From assembly GCA_035544015.1 (NCBI GenBank), contig DATKIP010000093.1, forward strand, positions 129,156 through 193,155: DNA of 64,000 bases, in the 5' to 3' direction. The position numbers and the translations under genes are program-made. A model generated the notes under the pieces. That model did not search any database. It was not told the origin of the DNA and was given only the letters and a program-made list of their open reading frames with translations. Positions 43,081-52,756 of the stretch are shown here, piece after piece. Origin of the DNA: Candidatus Saccharimonadia bacterium. GTDB lineage: Bacteria > Patescibacteriota > Saccharimonadia > UBA4664. Every line of letters begins with the position of its first letter. The stretch's first letter is position 1.

Positions 43081-43485
43081 ATGGCGAAACCAACCCCCAA
43101 AACCACGTCCACTGCCCGCCGGCGCAAGATCAAGCGTTCGGTTGCTACTGGTCAGATGCACGTACAGGCCACGTTCAACAATACTATCGTGACGTTTACC
43201 GACGAGCGCGGCAACGCACTATCGTGGGCCAGCTCCGGCTCCAGTGGCTTCAAGGGCAGTCGCAAAAGCACGCCCTACGCTGCGCAAACCGCCGCCGAGC
43301 GCGCCGCAACTGCCGCCAAAGATTACGGCCTCACTCGAGTTGACGTGCTCGTCAACGGCGTCGGCAGTGGCCGCGAGTCGGCTATCCGCGCCCTCACCAC
43401 CATGGGCATCGCCGTCACAAGCATTAAGGACGTCACCGGCATTCCGCACGGCGGCTGCCGACCGCGAAAGGCAAGGAGAGTCTAA
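43081..43485 (+). CDS. rpsK: 30S ribosomal protein S11
   Basis: [23 protein letters not shown]; either of two adjacent ATGs could be the start. Confidence 0.98.
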   Translation: MAKPTPKTTSTARRRKIKRSVATGQMHVQATFNNTIVTFTDERGNALSWASSGSSGFKGSRKSTPYAAQTAAERAATAAKDYGLTRVDVLVNGVGSGRESAIRALTTMGIAVTSIKDVTGIPHGGCRPRKARRV

Positions 43486-44102
43486 TGGCACGCAACCTTA
43501 CCCCGATCGTTAAGCTCAGCCGCCGCGAAGCCGTGGCCTTGCACCCCAAGGCCATCAAGGGCATCACCAAGCACCCCTACAAGCCGGGTCAGCACGGTCC
43601 CAACGCTGGCCGCTCCAAGCCCAGCCAGTACTCGCTCCAGCTACGCCAAAAGCAGATGGTCAAACGCATGTACGGCTTGCTCGAAAAGCAATTTGCCAAA
43701 GTCGTCCACGAGGCCGAGCGCCGCACCGGTAACTCCGGCGACATCATGCTCACCTTGCTCGAGCAGCGCTTCGACAACGCCGTCTACCGCCTCGGCATCG
43801 CCCCCAGCCGCCAATCGGCTCGTCAGCTCGTCACCCACGGCCATTTCATGCTCAACGGCCGCCGCGTCGACATCCCCTCCATCATCCTCAAACCCGGCGA
43901 CGAATTTTCTGTGCGGCCCAAGAGTGCTGCAAACGCCTACTTCAAACAGCTCGGTACTGACCTCGGCGGTTCTTCCGCCCAGGTGCGGTGGCTCAGCTTC
44001 GATGCCAAAAAACTCTCCGGAAAAGTCACCGGGCTCCCTGCCCGCGAGGACATTACCGAAGAGATCCATGAACAGCTTATTATCGAATTTTACTCAAGGT
44101 AA
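43485..44102 (+). CDS. rpsD: 30S ribosomal protein S4
   Basis: PGQHG, ARQLVTHGH, IIEFYSR. Confidence 0.99.
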   Translation: MARNLTPIVKLSRREAVALHPKAIKGITKHPYKPGQHGPNAGRSKPSQYSLQLRQKQMVKRMYGLLEKQFAKVVHEAERRTGNSGDIMLTLLEQRFDNAVYRLGIAPSRQSARQLVTHGHFMLNGRRVDIPSIILKPGDEFSVRPKSAANAYFKQLGTDLGGSSAQVRWLSFDAKKLSGKVTGLPAREDITEEIHEQLIIEFYSR

Positions 44103-44117
44103 GGAAGGACTAATTAA

Positions 44118-45056
44118 GTGTTACACCCGATTCAGCTCCCTGAGCTCAAGCCCACACGCGAAGACGGCAACAAGGCCACCTTCGCGGTCGAACCGCTGCA
44201 CTCCGGCTACGGCATGACGCTCGGCAACAGTCTGCGCCGCGTCATCCTCTCGAGCCTTGGTGGCGCCGCCGTCACGGCCGTCAAGATCGACAGCGTTGCC
44301 CACGAATTCTCTACGATCGAAGGCGTCAAGGAAGACGTCGTCGAGATCATCCTCAACCTCAAGAAACTCCGCTTCCGCGTATTTTCCGACGAGCCGCAGT
44401 TCCTCGTGCTCACCGCCTCCGGCAAAGGCGAGGTAAAGGCTGGTGACATCAAGACCACCGCCGACGTCGAGATCGTTAACCCCGACCAGGTCATCGCCAC
44501 TCTCGACACCGACAAGACCAAGCTCGGTATGGAAATCAAGGTCGAAAAGGGCCGCGGCTACGTGCCGGTCGAGAACCGCGAAGCCGAGAAGCTCGAAGTC
44601 GGCATGATCGCCGTCGACGCGCTCTACTCACCGGTCGTCCGCGTGCGCTACAACGTCGAAAACACCCGCGTCGGCCAGATGACCGACCTCGACCGCCTCG
44701 TTATGGAAATCGAGACCGACGGCACCATCACCCCAGCCGAGGCCATCCGCCAGGCTGCTGACATCCTCGTGGATCACTTCCGCGTGGTCGCCGGCAACTT
44801 CTCCGCCGAAGACACCGGCACCATCATCGGTGGCACTGCCGAATCCGGCTCAGCCAAGATCAACATCGAAGAGATCAATCTCTCGCCGCGCACCACCAAC
44901 GCGCTCATCAATAACGACATTAAGTCCGTCAAGGACCTCCTCAAGCTGTCCGACACCGAACTGCGCGAGCTCAAAGGTTTCGGCTCTAAGGCCTACGAAG
45001 AGGTCAAAGAAAAAATTGCCGAACTCGGCATCTCGGACGCGGAGAAGGTAGCCTAG
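44118..45056 (+). CDS. rpoA: RNA polymerase alpha subunit
   Basis: EPL..GYG.TLGNSLRR, HEFSTI.GV.ED, alpha-CTD. Confidence 0.99.
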   Translation: MLHPIQLPELKPTREDGNKATFAVEPLHSGYGMTLGNSLRRVILSSLGGAAVTAVKIDSVAHEFSTIEGVKEDVVEIILNLKKLRFRVFSDEPQFLVLTASGKGEVKAGDIKTTADVEIVNPDQVIATLDTDKTKLGMEIKVEKGRGYVPVENREAEKLEVGMIAVDALYSPVVRVRYNVENTRVGQMTDLDRLVMEIETDGTITPAEAIRQAADILVDHFRVVAGNFSAEDTGTIIGGTAESGSAKINIEEINLSPRTTNALINNDIKSVKDLLKLSDTELRELKGFGSKAYEEVKEKIAELGISDAEKVA

Positions 45057-45057
45057 T

Positions 45058-45549
45058 ATGCACCGCCATAGTTACACAGGAAGGAAATTGCAGCTCGCGG
45101 CCGGTCCGCGCCGCGCCCTCGTGCGCGGGCAGCTCACCTCGCTTACGCTTCACGAAGCCATTACCACCACACTGCCCAAGGCCAAAGAAGTCGCACCAGC
45201 CTTTGAGCGCCTGGTAACCTATGCCAAAAAAGGCACTTTGGCCGGCGGCCGCTCGTTGCGCCGTGAACTGCTTACCGAAAACGCCGTCCAAAAAATGATC
45301 CAGGAACTCGCGCCGGCCTTCGAAAGCCGTCACGGCGGGTACACCCGGATCATCAAGCTCGCCAACCGCCTGGGCGACAATGCCCCCATGGCTCGCCTGG
45401 AATTGGTGCTCGACGACATCAAGCCGGCTGTGGTTGCTTCGGCAGCACCCGCCAAAGCCAAAACCAAGGCGCCGGCCAAGACCAAAGCCGCTGCAACGAA
45501 AAAGACTGCGGTAGCCGCCACCGCCACCAATGAGGCCCCCAATGCTTAA
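45058..45549 (+). CDS. rplQ: 50S ribosomal protein L17 with an Ala/Lys tail
   Basis: ITTTLPKAK, GGYTRIIK, GDNAPM. Confidence 0.98.
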   Translation: MHRHSYTGRKLQLAAGPRRALVRGQLTSLTLHEAITTTLPKAKEVAPAFERLVTYAKKGTLAGGRSLRRELLTENAVQKMIQELAPAFESRHGGYTRIIKLANRLGDNAPMARLELVLDDIKPAVVASAAPAKAKTKAPAKTKAAATKKTAVAATATNEAPNA

Positions 45550-45976
45550 AACCTACTCACCCAAACCTAGCGAACTCACCCACGATTGGTACATCATCGA
45601 CGCCCAGGGCAAGACTCTCGGCCGGCTGGCCACGCTCGTCGCCACCTATTTGCTGGGTAAGCACAGAGTGCAATTTAGCCCCCACCTCGACTGCGGCGAC
45701 AACATCGTCATCATCAACGCCGCCCAAATTGCCGTCACCGGCAACAAACTGACCGACAAAAAATACTACCACCACTCGGGCTACCCCGGCGGCATCAAAG
45801 AAACCTCGCTGGCTGAGCTCATTAGCCGCAACCCGGCCGCGGCCCTCGAAAAAGCCGTCACCGGCATGCTGCCCAAAAACAAGCTCACCGACGACCGCCT
45901 GCGCCGCCTCAAGGTCTACGCCGGCGCCGAACACCCGCACGCGGGCCAGAACCCTAAACCACTTGGAGATAACTAA
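45542..45976 (+). CDS. rplM: 50S ribosomal protein L13
   Basis: WYIIDA, LGRLAT, HSGYPGG, GMLPK. Confidence 0.98.
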   Translation: MLKTYSPKPSELTHDWYIIDAQGKTLGRLATLVATYLLGKHRVQFSPHLDCGDNIVIINAAQIAVTGNKLTDKKYYHHSGYPGGIKETSLAELISRNPAAALEKAVTGMLPKNKLTDDRLRRLKVYAGAEHPHAGQNPKPLGDN

Positions 45977-46374
45977 TGGCTGACGCTACCCACTATCATT
46001 ACGCCCGTGGTCGCCGCAAAGAGGCCATTGCTACGGTACGGCTCTACCCCGGCAAGGGCGAAATCGTCGTCGGCGATAAGACCGCTGCCGATTACTTCAA
46101 CAACGACGCACTCGTAACCGTCGTCGAGCAGCCCATCAAGCTGGCCGGCCAGGAGCAAAAGCTCCGCGTGAGCCTGCACGTCAAAGGCGGCGGCAAGCGC
46201 GGCCAAGCCGAAGCTGCCCAGCTCGCCATCGCCCGCGCCCTCAATGTGATGAGCGAAGACCTGCGCCCCACCCTCAAGAAAGCCGGCTTCCTCACCCGCG
46301 ATCCCCGCGAAAAAGAGCGCATGAAGCCCGGCCTCAAGAAGGCCCGCAAGGCTTCGCAGTTCTCCAAGCGCTAG
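45976..46374 (+). CDS. rpsI: 30S ribosomal protein S9
   Basis: GRRK.A.A, LTRDPR.KER, QFSKR. Confidence 0.99.
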   Translation: MADATHYHYARGRRKEAIATVRLYPGKGEIVVGDKTAADYFNNDALVTVVEQPIKLAGQEQKLRVSLHVKGGGKRGQAEAAQLAIARALNVMSEDLRPTLKKAGFLTRDPREKERMKPGLKKARKASQFSKR

Positions 46375-46378
46375 TCGA

Positions 46379-47689
46379 GTGAAGTTCTACGCCCTCGGTA
46401 ACCCCCGCGACTCCGCCACCTTTCGGGAGGCCGTCGAGCGAGGATTAGCCAAAAACGGAAGTCTCTATTTCCCAACGCGTATCCCTAAGCTCTCGCGCCC
46501 GCAGCTCGAGAGCTTAGTTGATGCTACGCCGTCCGAAGTTGCCTATGTGTTGCTCTCGGCCTGGCTCGGCGACGAACTAGCCGAAGCCAACCTCCGCTCC
46601 ATCATCGCCCAAGCCTGCACCTTCGAGGTGCCGGTAGTACAGGTGGGGCCCAAGGAAGTTCTGGAGGTGTTCCACGGCCCCACTGCTGCCTTCAAAGATG
46701 TCGCCGCTCGCTACTTGGCCGCCTTTATGGGCTTTTACGGAGCCGAAAACGGCCATACCAGCATCGTCCTCGTAGCGACCAGCGGCGACACCGGCGGCGC
46801 CATCGCCCAGGGATTTGCCGGCATCCCTGACACACATGTTGTGGTGCTATTTCCTCGTGGCCGCGTTAGCCAGCTCCAACGCGAACAACTCACCCGAGTA
46901 GCCGCCAACATCACGAGCCTCGAGGTAGAAGGCAGCTTCGACGACTGCCAAGACCTGGTAAAGCGCGCCCTAAACGATCCATCACTTAGCCAGCTCCACC
47001 TCACCACGGCCAACTCCATCAGCATCGGCCGACTGCTACCCCAGATAACCTACTACGTTACCGGGTCGCTGGCAGCCGGCGGCCTCCACCGGCCGCTGCG
47101 CTTCGTGGTACCCTCTGGCAACCTCGGCAACCTCACCGCCGGCACCCTCGCTCGCGCCATGGGCGCGCCGATCACCTCATTCTTAGCGGCCAACAACGCC
47201 AACAACCTGCTCCACCGCTATCTCCAGTCGCCCGAGGCCGGCACTCGTCCGGTGCAGGCCACGTTCGCCAATGCCATGGACGTGGGCCGCCCGGGCAACC
47301 TCCCGCGTCTCGCTCAGGTCTTTGGCGACCACCATAGCCAGCTCACCGCCGCCGTCACCGGGGCCACCATCACCGATGCCGAAATTATCGCCACCATCCA
47401 AAAGGTATGGACGGAGCACCACTATCTTCTCGATCCGCACACCGCCGTAGCCTGGGCCGCCAGCGACGCCCACCCGGCCGCAGCCGCCACCGATGTGATC
47501 GTGGCCACTGCCGCCCCGCAAAAATTCGCCAGCGAAATCGAAGCCCTGTGCGGCATTCCAGTCGACAACACCCAACTTTTGCAACAATTGCAGCACATCC
47601 CGGTGCGCTTCCAGGCCATGCCAAACAGCTATCAAGCCCTACTCGACGTGCTCGCGTCCGTCTCGCCGCACGCGCCCTCCACCTTATAG
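46379..47689 (+). CDS. thrC: Threonine synthase
   Basis: FHGPTAAFKD (PLP Lys), ATSGDTG, ANSI..GRL, VPSGN.GN, DPHTA. Confidence 0.93.
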   Translation: MKFYALGNPRDSATFREAVERGLAKNGSLYFPTRIPKLSRPQLESLVDATPSEVAYVLLSAWLGDELAEANLRSIIAQACTFEVPVVQVGPKEVLEVFHGPTAAFKDVAARYLAAFMGFYGAENGHTSIVLVATSGDTGGAIAQGFAGIPDTHVVVLFPRGRVSQLQREQLTRVAANITSLEVEGSFDDCQDLVKRALNDPSLSQLHLTTANSISIGRLLPQITYYVTGSLAAGGLHRPLRFVVPSGNLGNLTAGTLARAMGAPITSFLAANNANNLLHRYLQSPEAGTRPVQATFANAMDVGRPGNLPRLAQVFGDHHSQLTAAVTGATITDAEIIATIQKVWTEHHYLLDPHTAVAWAASDAHPAAAATDVIVATAAPQKFASEIEALCGIPVDNTQLLQQLQHIPVRFQAMPNSYQALLDVLASVSPHAPSTL

Positions 47690-47788
47690 CTAAGCGCTAC
47701 AGTTAATGGTATAATAATCCTGCTTCTAGCAGCCCTGCCGCTGGATGAATTCTTGGTGACCTTCACAACTCACGGGGGTGGGACAGCT

Positions 47789-48427
47789 ATGACCAAATGG
47801 GATGCAAGGTGGCCCCGTCGCGCCGCCTGCAAAACTACCGAAACGGACACCATGTTTGCCCAAGGAGCGGCCCAGAATCGCGTCAAGCTGGTCTGTCTCG
47901 GCTGTCCGGTTCGAACTGAATGCTTGGCCGATGCTCTCGACAACCGCGTCGAATTTGGCGTCTGGGGTGGCAAGACCGAGCGCGAGCGCCGAGCAGTGTT
48001 GCGGCTAAACCCCGGTGTTCGCAGCTGGCGAGACGTGCTAGATGTTGCCCGTCGCCGCCACGAAGGCGAAGTAGACGCCCGTCTGCCCGAATACCCACCC
48101 GAACCGGCTCCGGTCCAGGACGAAAACCCGCCGCCAGCCAAGCCTCCACGGCCACCGTCATTGATCCCGCGTGGCTCACAAAGTGGGCGCGATCAGGCCG
48201 TGCTGGAATTCTTGCGAGACTGCTACCCGCCGAACCAGGAGCAGATGATGAGTACGGTCGCGACGGCCAAAAAACTCCACGTCGCGACCGTTACATTCCG
48301 AGCCGCCATCGCCAGCCTAGAAGCCCAGGGACTGATCACGTTTAGGCGCGGCTTCGGTCCACATCCCTCCCGCATCACCCTCCACTCCCAACCCGTCGTC
48401 ACCCGGGAAACTAGCCTATCCGGCTAA
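47789..48427 (+). CDS. WhiB4/WblA-like Fe-S transcription factor fused by a Pro-rich linker to a winged HTH
   Basis: AAC...F.QGAAQNR.K.VC.GCPVRTECLADALDNRVEFGVWGG.TERERR; C-terminal AKKLHVA..T.R.AI..LE.QGLI; 3' hairpin 48434-48472. Confidence 0.92.
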   Translation: MTKWDARWPRRAACKTTETDTMFAQGAAQNRVKLVCLGCPVRTECLADALDNRVEFGVWGGKTERERRAVLRLNPGVRSWRDVLDVARRRHEGEVDARLPEYPPEPAPVQDENPPPAKPPRPPSLIPRGSQSGRDQAVLEFLRDCYPPNQEQMMSTVATAKKLHVATVTFRAAIASLEAQGLITFRRGFGPHPSRITLHSQPVVTRETSLSG

Positions 48428-48521
48428 CCACGTCCGCCGGTTCTTGTTCTCACAAAGGACAGGAACCGGCGGCGCCCGAGCGTTATTCCGTACCTCAGCC
48501 ATAAGCGCTATAATTACTCCA

Positions 48522-49517
48522 GTGAATCAGCACAATCAGCGGACCATCCGCGGCCTTATCATTTTCGCCGTCAGTATCGGATTGCTTGGTACTCTCGGTT
48601 TTTCGCACTTCGCTCACTTGTCGGTGGGTGAAGCTATTTATGAGACATTTATCATTCTGCTTACCCATTACGATCACTACGGGTTCACCGATACCCCGTC
48701 CCGTCTGCTCGTAATCCTCCTCATTATCTCGAGTCTTGGACTGGTTGCGTATTTACTTAAGTGGCTGGCCGAATATATGATGGGCCTTAGTGATAACGTA
48801 CGCAGGTTGAGAGTGCAGGCAAAAGTCGAAAAACTAAAAAACCATTACATCGTGTGTGGACTCGGCCGAGTCGGCGCGCAAGTCGCAGGCGAAATGATGC
48901 ACGAAGGCGTATCATTTGTGGGACTCGACCGCGACGAGGGCAAAGTGGCTGATGCGTTGGGGCGCGGCCAGATGGCTCTCGCCCTCGATAGCACGGTCGA
49001 AGAAGTGCTCACGTCGGTAGGCATTCAAAAAGCCGCCGGCCTCGTAGCCTGCTTGGGCGAAGATTCCCTCAACCTGTTTGTGGTGCTGGCGGCCCGCTCG
49101 CTCAACCCCAACCTCTACATTGTGGCCCGCGCCAACCGCCCCGAGAATGAAATCAAGCTCAAGCACGCCGGCGCCAATCGTGTTGCCATGCCATATCAGA
49201 TCGGTGGCTACCACATGGCCTCCATGGCGTTACGCCCGAACGTGGTCGACTACATGGACGTCATGACGGGCAAAAACGGCCTTACCGAGCTCGAAGTCGA
49301 AGAAATGGTAGTGGGGGAGCACTCGCAACTAGCCGGCCATCGCCTCGGAAAAACCCTAGCCGAAGGCGAAATCGGAGCCACCGTCATCGCTATCAACGGC
49401 ATCGATGGCACAAGCCGCGTGCGACCTACCGGCAAGGAGGTCATATACCCCGGCGACCGGCTCATCATACTTGGAGCCAAACGCGACCTCACACGAGCCT
49501 CGGAGCTCATCAGATGA
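48522..49517 (+). CDS. 2-TM ion channel with RCK (TrkA-N/TrkA-C) domains
   Basis: TM-pore-TM, HYIVCGLGRVG, ARSLNP, GANRV..PY; GTG 7 nt after TATAAT. Confidence 0.9.
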   Translation: MNQHNQRTIRGLIIFAVSIGLLGTLGFSHFAHLSVGEAIYETFIILLTHYDHYGFTDTPSRLLVILLIISSLGLVAYLLKWLAEYMMGLSDNVRRLRVQAKVEKLKNHYIVCGLGRVGAQVAGEMMHEGVSFVGLDRDEGKVADALGRGQMALALDSTVEEVLTSVGIQKAAGLVACLGEDSLNLFVVLAARSLNPNLYIVARANRPENEIKLKHAGANRVAMPYQIGGYHMASMALRPNVVDYMDVMTGKNGLTELEVEEMVVGEHSQLAGHRLGKTLAEGEIGATVIAINGIDGTSRVRPTGKEVIYPGDRLIILGAKRDLTRASELIR

Positions 49518-50440
49518 CTCTGGAGGCCTTTACCGTCACCCCCAGAGCCGCCAACGAGCGGCTCGATGTGTATTTAGCGCAGCAAACCACACGCCCCCGG
49601 AGCCAGATCCAGCGGCTGGTGAAAGCCGGGTTGGTGCTGGTAAATGATCGCCCCCAGCGCGCAAGCTACGCAGTGCAGGCGGGGGACAAACTCACGGTAG
49701 GGGAGACCTCCGCGCCAACCGGCCGCCCCTCAGCGCCCGATCTGCCCATCATCTACGAAGACGACGACCTGTTCGTAGTCGACAAACCGGCCGGCCTCCT
49801 CGTGCATCCCGGCGCCGGCAGTGGCCAGGCCGCCAGCGTGGCCGACTTTGCCCGCCCCCGCACCACCGATCCCGATGCCGAGCGGCCGGGCATTGTGCAC
49901 CGGCTCGATCGTGATACATCCGGTCTGCTCATTATTGCCAAAACCCTCGAAGCCAAAGCCTTTCTGCAGGACGCCTTCAAGCGCCGCCAGATACACAAGA
50001 CCTACCAACTACTCGTAGTAGGGCTGCCGTCGCACGAGGAGGCCACTATCAAGCTGCCGTTAGGCCGCCACCCAGCACATCCATTGCGGCAGACCGTGGT
50101 GAGCGGCGGCCGCGAAGCCGCTACCAGCTACCGGCTGGTGCGCAGCTTTCCAGGATTTGCGCTCCTAGAAGCCCAGCCGCAGTCCGGCCGCACACACCAG
50201 CTGCGGGTTCACTTTGCCGCTCTGGGGCACCCTGTGGCCGGCGATACCGCCTACGGCGTCCCGCGGCGGCCCCTCGGCCTGCGACGGCAATTTCTGCATG
50301 CCGCCGGGCTCCAATTTACCGCTCCCTCGGGCCGGGAGCTCCAACTCCACAGCCCACTGCCCACGGACCTCGCCGCCGCGCTTGCCCGCCTAGAATCATC
50401 CGCCGAAGCCGCGCCCAGTCCCACGGGAGACCAGTTATGA
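49514..50440 (+). CDS. RluA-family pseudouridine synthase (RluD-like)
   Basis: S4 domain, DKPAG..VHP, GIVHRLDRDTSG, GRTHQLRVH. Confidence 0.95.
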   Translation: MTLEAFTVTPRAANERLDVYLAQQTTRPRSQIQRLVKAGLVLVNDRPQRASYAVQAGDKLTVGETSAPTGRPSAPDLPIIYEDDDLFVVDKPAGLLVHPGAGSGQAASVADFARPRTTDPDAERPGIVHRLDRDTSGLLIIAKTLEAKAFLQDAFKRRQIHKTYQLLVVGLPSHEEATIKLPLGRHPAHPLRQTVVSGGREAATSYRLVRSFPGFALLEAQPQSGRTHQLRVHFAALGHPVAGDTAYGVPRRPLGLRRQFLHAAGLQFTAPSGRELQLHSPLPTDLAAALARLESSAEAAPSPTGDQL

Positions 50441-51336
50441 CGACGAAACTCCTCCTTCACCCGCACACCGCTGCCAATCTTGCCACCTTCGCCGGCGCCG
50501 CGGGTGGCAGCGCCATATTTCATGGCGCGCCGGGTCTCGGCAAGTCCGCAGCCGTCCGCGAGCTCGCTATGCGCCTCAACTGCCTCGGCGACGAGGCCGG
50601 CCCCTGCGCCCACTGCCGCGCGATCGTCGCCGGCAACTTCCCCGATCTGTTGTGGCTCGACCGCGGCGACAAGGCCAGTCTGGGCATCGAGGCCGTTCGC
50701 GGTCTCACCGCCGAGCTGGGGCTACGGCCCTATCGCGCGGCCGCCGTGCGGATGGTCGGTATCCCCGACGCTCAGCTGCTCACTCCCGAAGCCCAAAACG
50801 CCCTCCTGAAGCTCCTCGAAGAACCACCTCCAGCCACCCTCATCATCCTCACCACCACCCGGGTGGAGGCATTACTGCTCACAGTGCGCTCGCGCTGCCG
50901 CCTAGTGCATTTTGTAGCACCCGGCGAAACGGCCGTTGCCACCCTGCTCACGAGTACCCATGGCGTCCCCGGAGCCACCGCCCAGCAGCTCGCGACCGCC
51001 GCCGGGGGAGCGCCCGGTACCGCCATCGCGCTCGTCGAGCACCCCGAAACTGCGCAGGCACTCCTCGAGCTTACGCGCCAAGCCGATGCCATTGCGTCGC
51101 ACAGCCTGTTTGAACGCCTGCTCCTAGCCGCCCGATTGGCCGCACCGGGTACCGATCTGGAGCAATTCGGCTCCGCCCTCCATCGCCGCCTCATCGCCGC
51201 CACTGCAAACGGCACGCTCGGCCCCGCGCAAGCCGCCGTCCAACTCGGCGCCCTCGAGCGCTTCCGCCGCGGGCTCCAGGCCAAAATGGCGCCGCGGGTC
51301 GCGCTCGAGCGGCTCATGCTGGAGCTTGGCCAGTGA
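50437..51336 (+). CDS. holB: DNA polymerase III delta' subunit
   Basis: G.PGLGK, C..C, AQNALLKLLEEPP, TVRSRC. Confidence 0.9.
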   Translation: MTTKLLLHPHTAANLATFAGAAGGSAIFHGAPGLGKSAAVRELAMRLNCLGDEAGPCAHCRAIVAGNFPDLLWLDRGDKASLGIEAVRGLTAELGLRPYRAAAVRMVGIPDAQLLTPEAQNALLKLLEEPPPATLIILTTTRVEALLLTVRSRCRLVHFVAPGETAVATLLTSTHGVPGATAQQLATAAGGAPGTAIALVEHPETAQALLELTRQADAIASHSLFERLLLAARLAAPGTDLEQFGSALHRRLIAATANGTLGPAQAAVQLGALERFRRGLQAKMAPRVALERLMLELGQ

Positions 51337-51965
51337 TCGAGCTCACCATCGTAGTCGGCAGTTGGCTCGTCTTGCAGCGACAATTGGCCGCGCTCAGCCA
51401 AGGCCCGGCGCCGGTACTCGCTCCCAAACGCCCCAACGCGCAGCTAGCTCAGCTCGCCTCGTACGCCGACCGGCTCTATACCGAGCGCAAATGGCTCGCC
51501 GCCGAAAAAGCCTACCTCAACGTGCTCAAACTCGACCACAAAAACGTTACCGCCTACGTTCACCTCGGCATTATCTACTCCACCCAAAAAAACATGCCCG
51601 ACGCCATCGAATGCTTCACTATTTCCGCTAGGCTTCGACCATCGGGCAGCTCATTCCAGAATTTAGCCCTCGCGTTCTATGATAATCGCAACTACATCAA
51701 ATCAATCGCTGCCTACGAGAAAGCCATTATGTTCGAACCCCACACCCAGCGCTACGTTGGCCTCGGCAAAGCCCAGCTCAAACTGCACAATCTGGCCGCC
51801 GCCATCGAGGCCTTCGAGCACGCCGCCGAGCTTGATCCCTCGGCCCGCACCCTCCAGCGCCTGGCCGAGGCCTACGACGAGGCCGGCCGCAAGACCGACG
51901 CCGAGACCACCTACCAGCACATTCACGATCTCGATTCTGCTCTCCAACCTGCTCAAAAGCCTTGA
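51333..51965 (+). CDS. Tetratricopeptide repeat protein
   Basis: Repeated A...Y..A..L.P helical pattern. Confidence 0.88.
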   Translation: MIELTIVVGSWLVLQRQLAALSQGPAPVLAPKRPNAQLAQLASYADRLYTERKWLAAEKAYLNVLKLDHKNVTAYVHLGIIYSTQKNMPDAIECFTISARLRPSGSSFQNLALAFYDNRNYIKSIAAYEKAIMFEPHTQRYVGLGKAQLKLHNLAAAIEAFEHAAELDPSARTLQRLAEAYDEAGRKTDAETTYQHIHDLDSALQPAQKP

Positions 51966-52048
51966 AAGCCGAGCATTAAGCTGTTACTATATCCAAGTTG
52001 AAAATGCTCAACACGTGAGTAAATGCGTGATAGCGATGGAGTAATCGT

Positions 52049-52123
52049 GCCGACGTGGCTCAACGGTAGAGCAACAGTTTTGTAAACTGTAGGTTGCGGG
52101 TTCGATTCCTGTCGTCGGCTCCA
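52049..52123 (+). tRNA. tRNA-Thr(TGT)
   Basis: Cloverleaf; anticodon arm acagt-tt-TGT-aa-actgt; GTTCGATTC; CCA. Confidence 0.97.
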
Positions 52124-52132
52124 TTTTACCCT

Positions 52133-52218
52133 GCCGGGTTACTCAAGTGGCCAACGAGGGCTGACTGTAAATCAGCTGGCATTAGCCTTCGGGAGTTCGA
52201 ATCTCTCACCCGGCACCA
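52133..52218 (+). tRNA. tRNA-Tyr(GTA)
   Basis: gctga-ct-GTA-aa-tcagc; long variable arm; CCA. Confidence 0.97.
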
Positions 52219-52224
52219 GTTTAG

Positions 52225-52299
<75 letters not shown>

Positions 52300-52336
52300 T
52301 TTAGTAATACAAACTTTAGGATTAATCGAAAGCTCC

Positions 52337-52534
52337 ATGAAGCGCCTCGTACTCAACCAACACGATAAAAAACTCACCGGCCTCTGCGCCGGGCTGGCCG
52401 ACTATTTTGAGGTTGACGTCACCATCGTGCGTTTGCTGGTGCTGACCGTTGTCATCATGACGGGTGTGGTGCCAGGCTTCCTGGTTTATCTCATCGCCTC
52501 AGCCATCACCCCCAAAGAAGGAGAAGTAAAGTAA
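52337..52534 (+). CDS. PspC domain protein
   Basis: DKKLTGLCAGLADYF.VD.TIVR, YLIA..ITP. Confidence 0.92.
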   Translation: MKRLVLNQHDKKLTGLCAGLADYFEVDVTIVRLLVLTVVIMTGVVPGFLVYLIASAITPKEGEVK

Positions 52535-52695
52535 TGCCCAAGCGCAACCGTCCGTTCATCACGCTGCGTTCCGAGGAAGACCCCACTATGGTCTACACCA
52601 CCTCCAAAAACCCCAAAAACACCACCGCCCGCATCACGGCCCGGAAATATTCCAAGCTGTTGCGCAAAGTAGTGCTCTTCAAAGAAGCTAAATAA
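52534..52695 (+). CDS. rpmG: 50S ribosomal protein L33, Zn-free form (not in the ORF track)
   Basis: Hand-translated: MPKRNRPFITLRSEEDPTMVYTTSKNPKNTTARITARKYSKLLRKVVLFKEAK. Confidence 0.93.
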   Translation: MPKRNRPFITLRSEEDPTMVYTTSKNPKNTTARITARKYSKLLRKVVLFKEAK

Positions 52696-52712
52696 CGGCT
52701 TCGCCAATCTAC

Positions 52713-52738
52713 AAGGGGCTGCAGTTGCGGTCCTTTTT
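52713..52738 (+). terminator. Intrinsic terminator after rpmG
   Basis: aaggggctgc-agtt-gcggtccttttt. Confidence 0.7.
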
Positions 52739-52756
52739 GGTGCTATGATCATGGAT

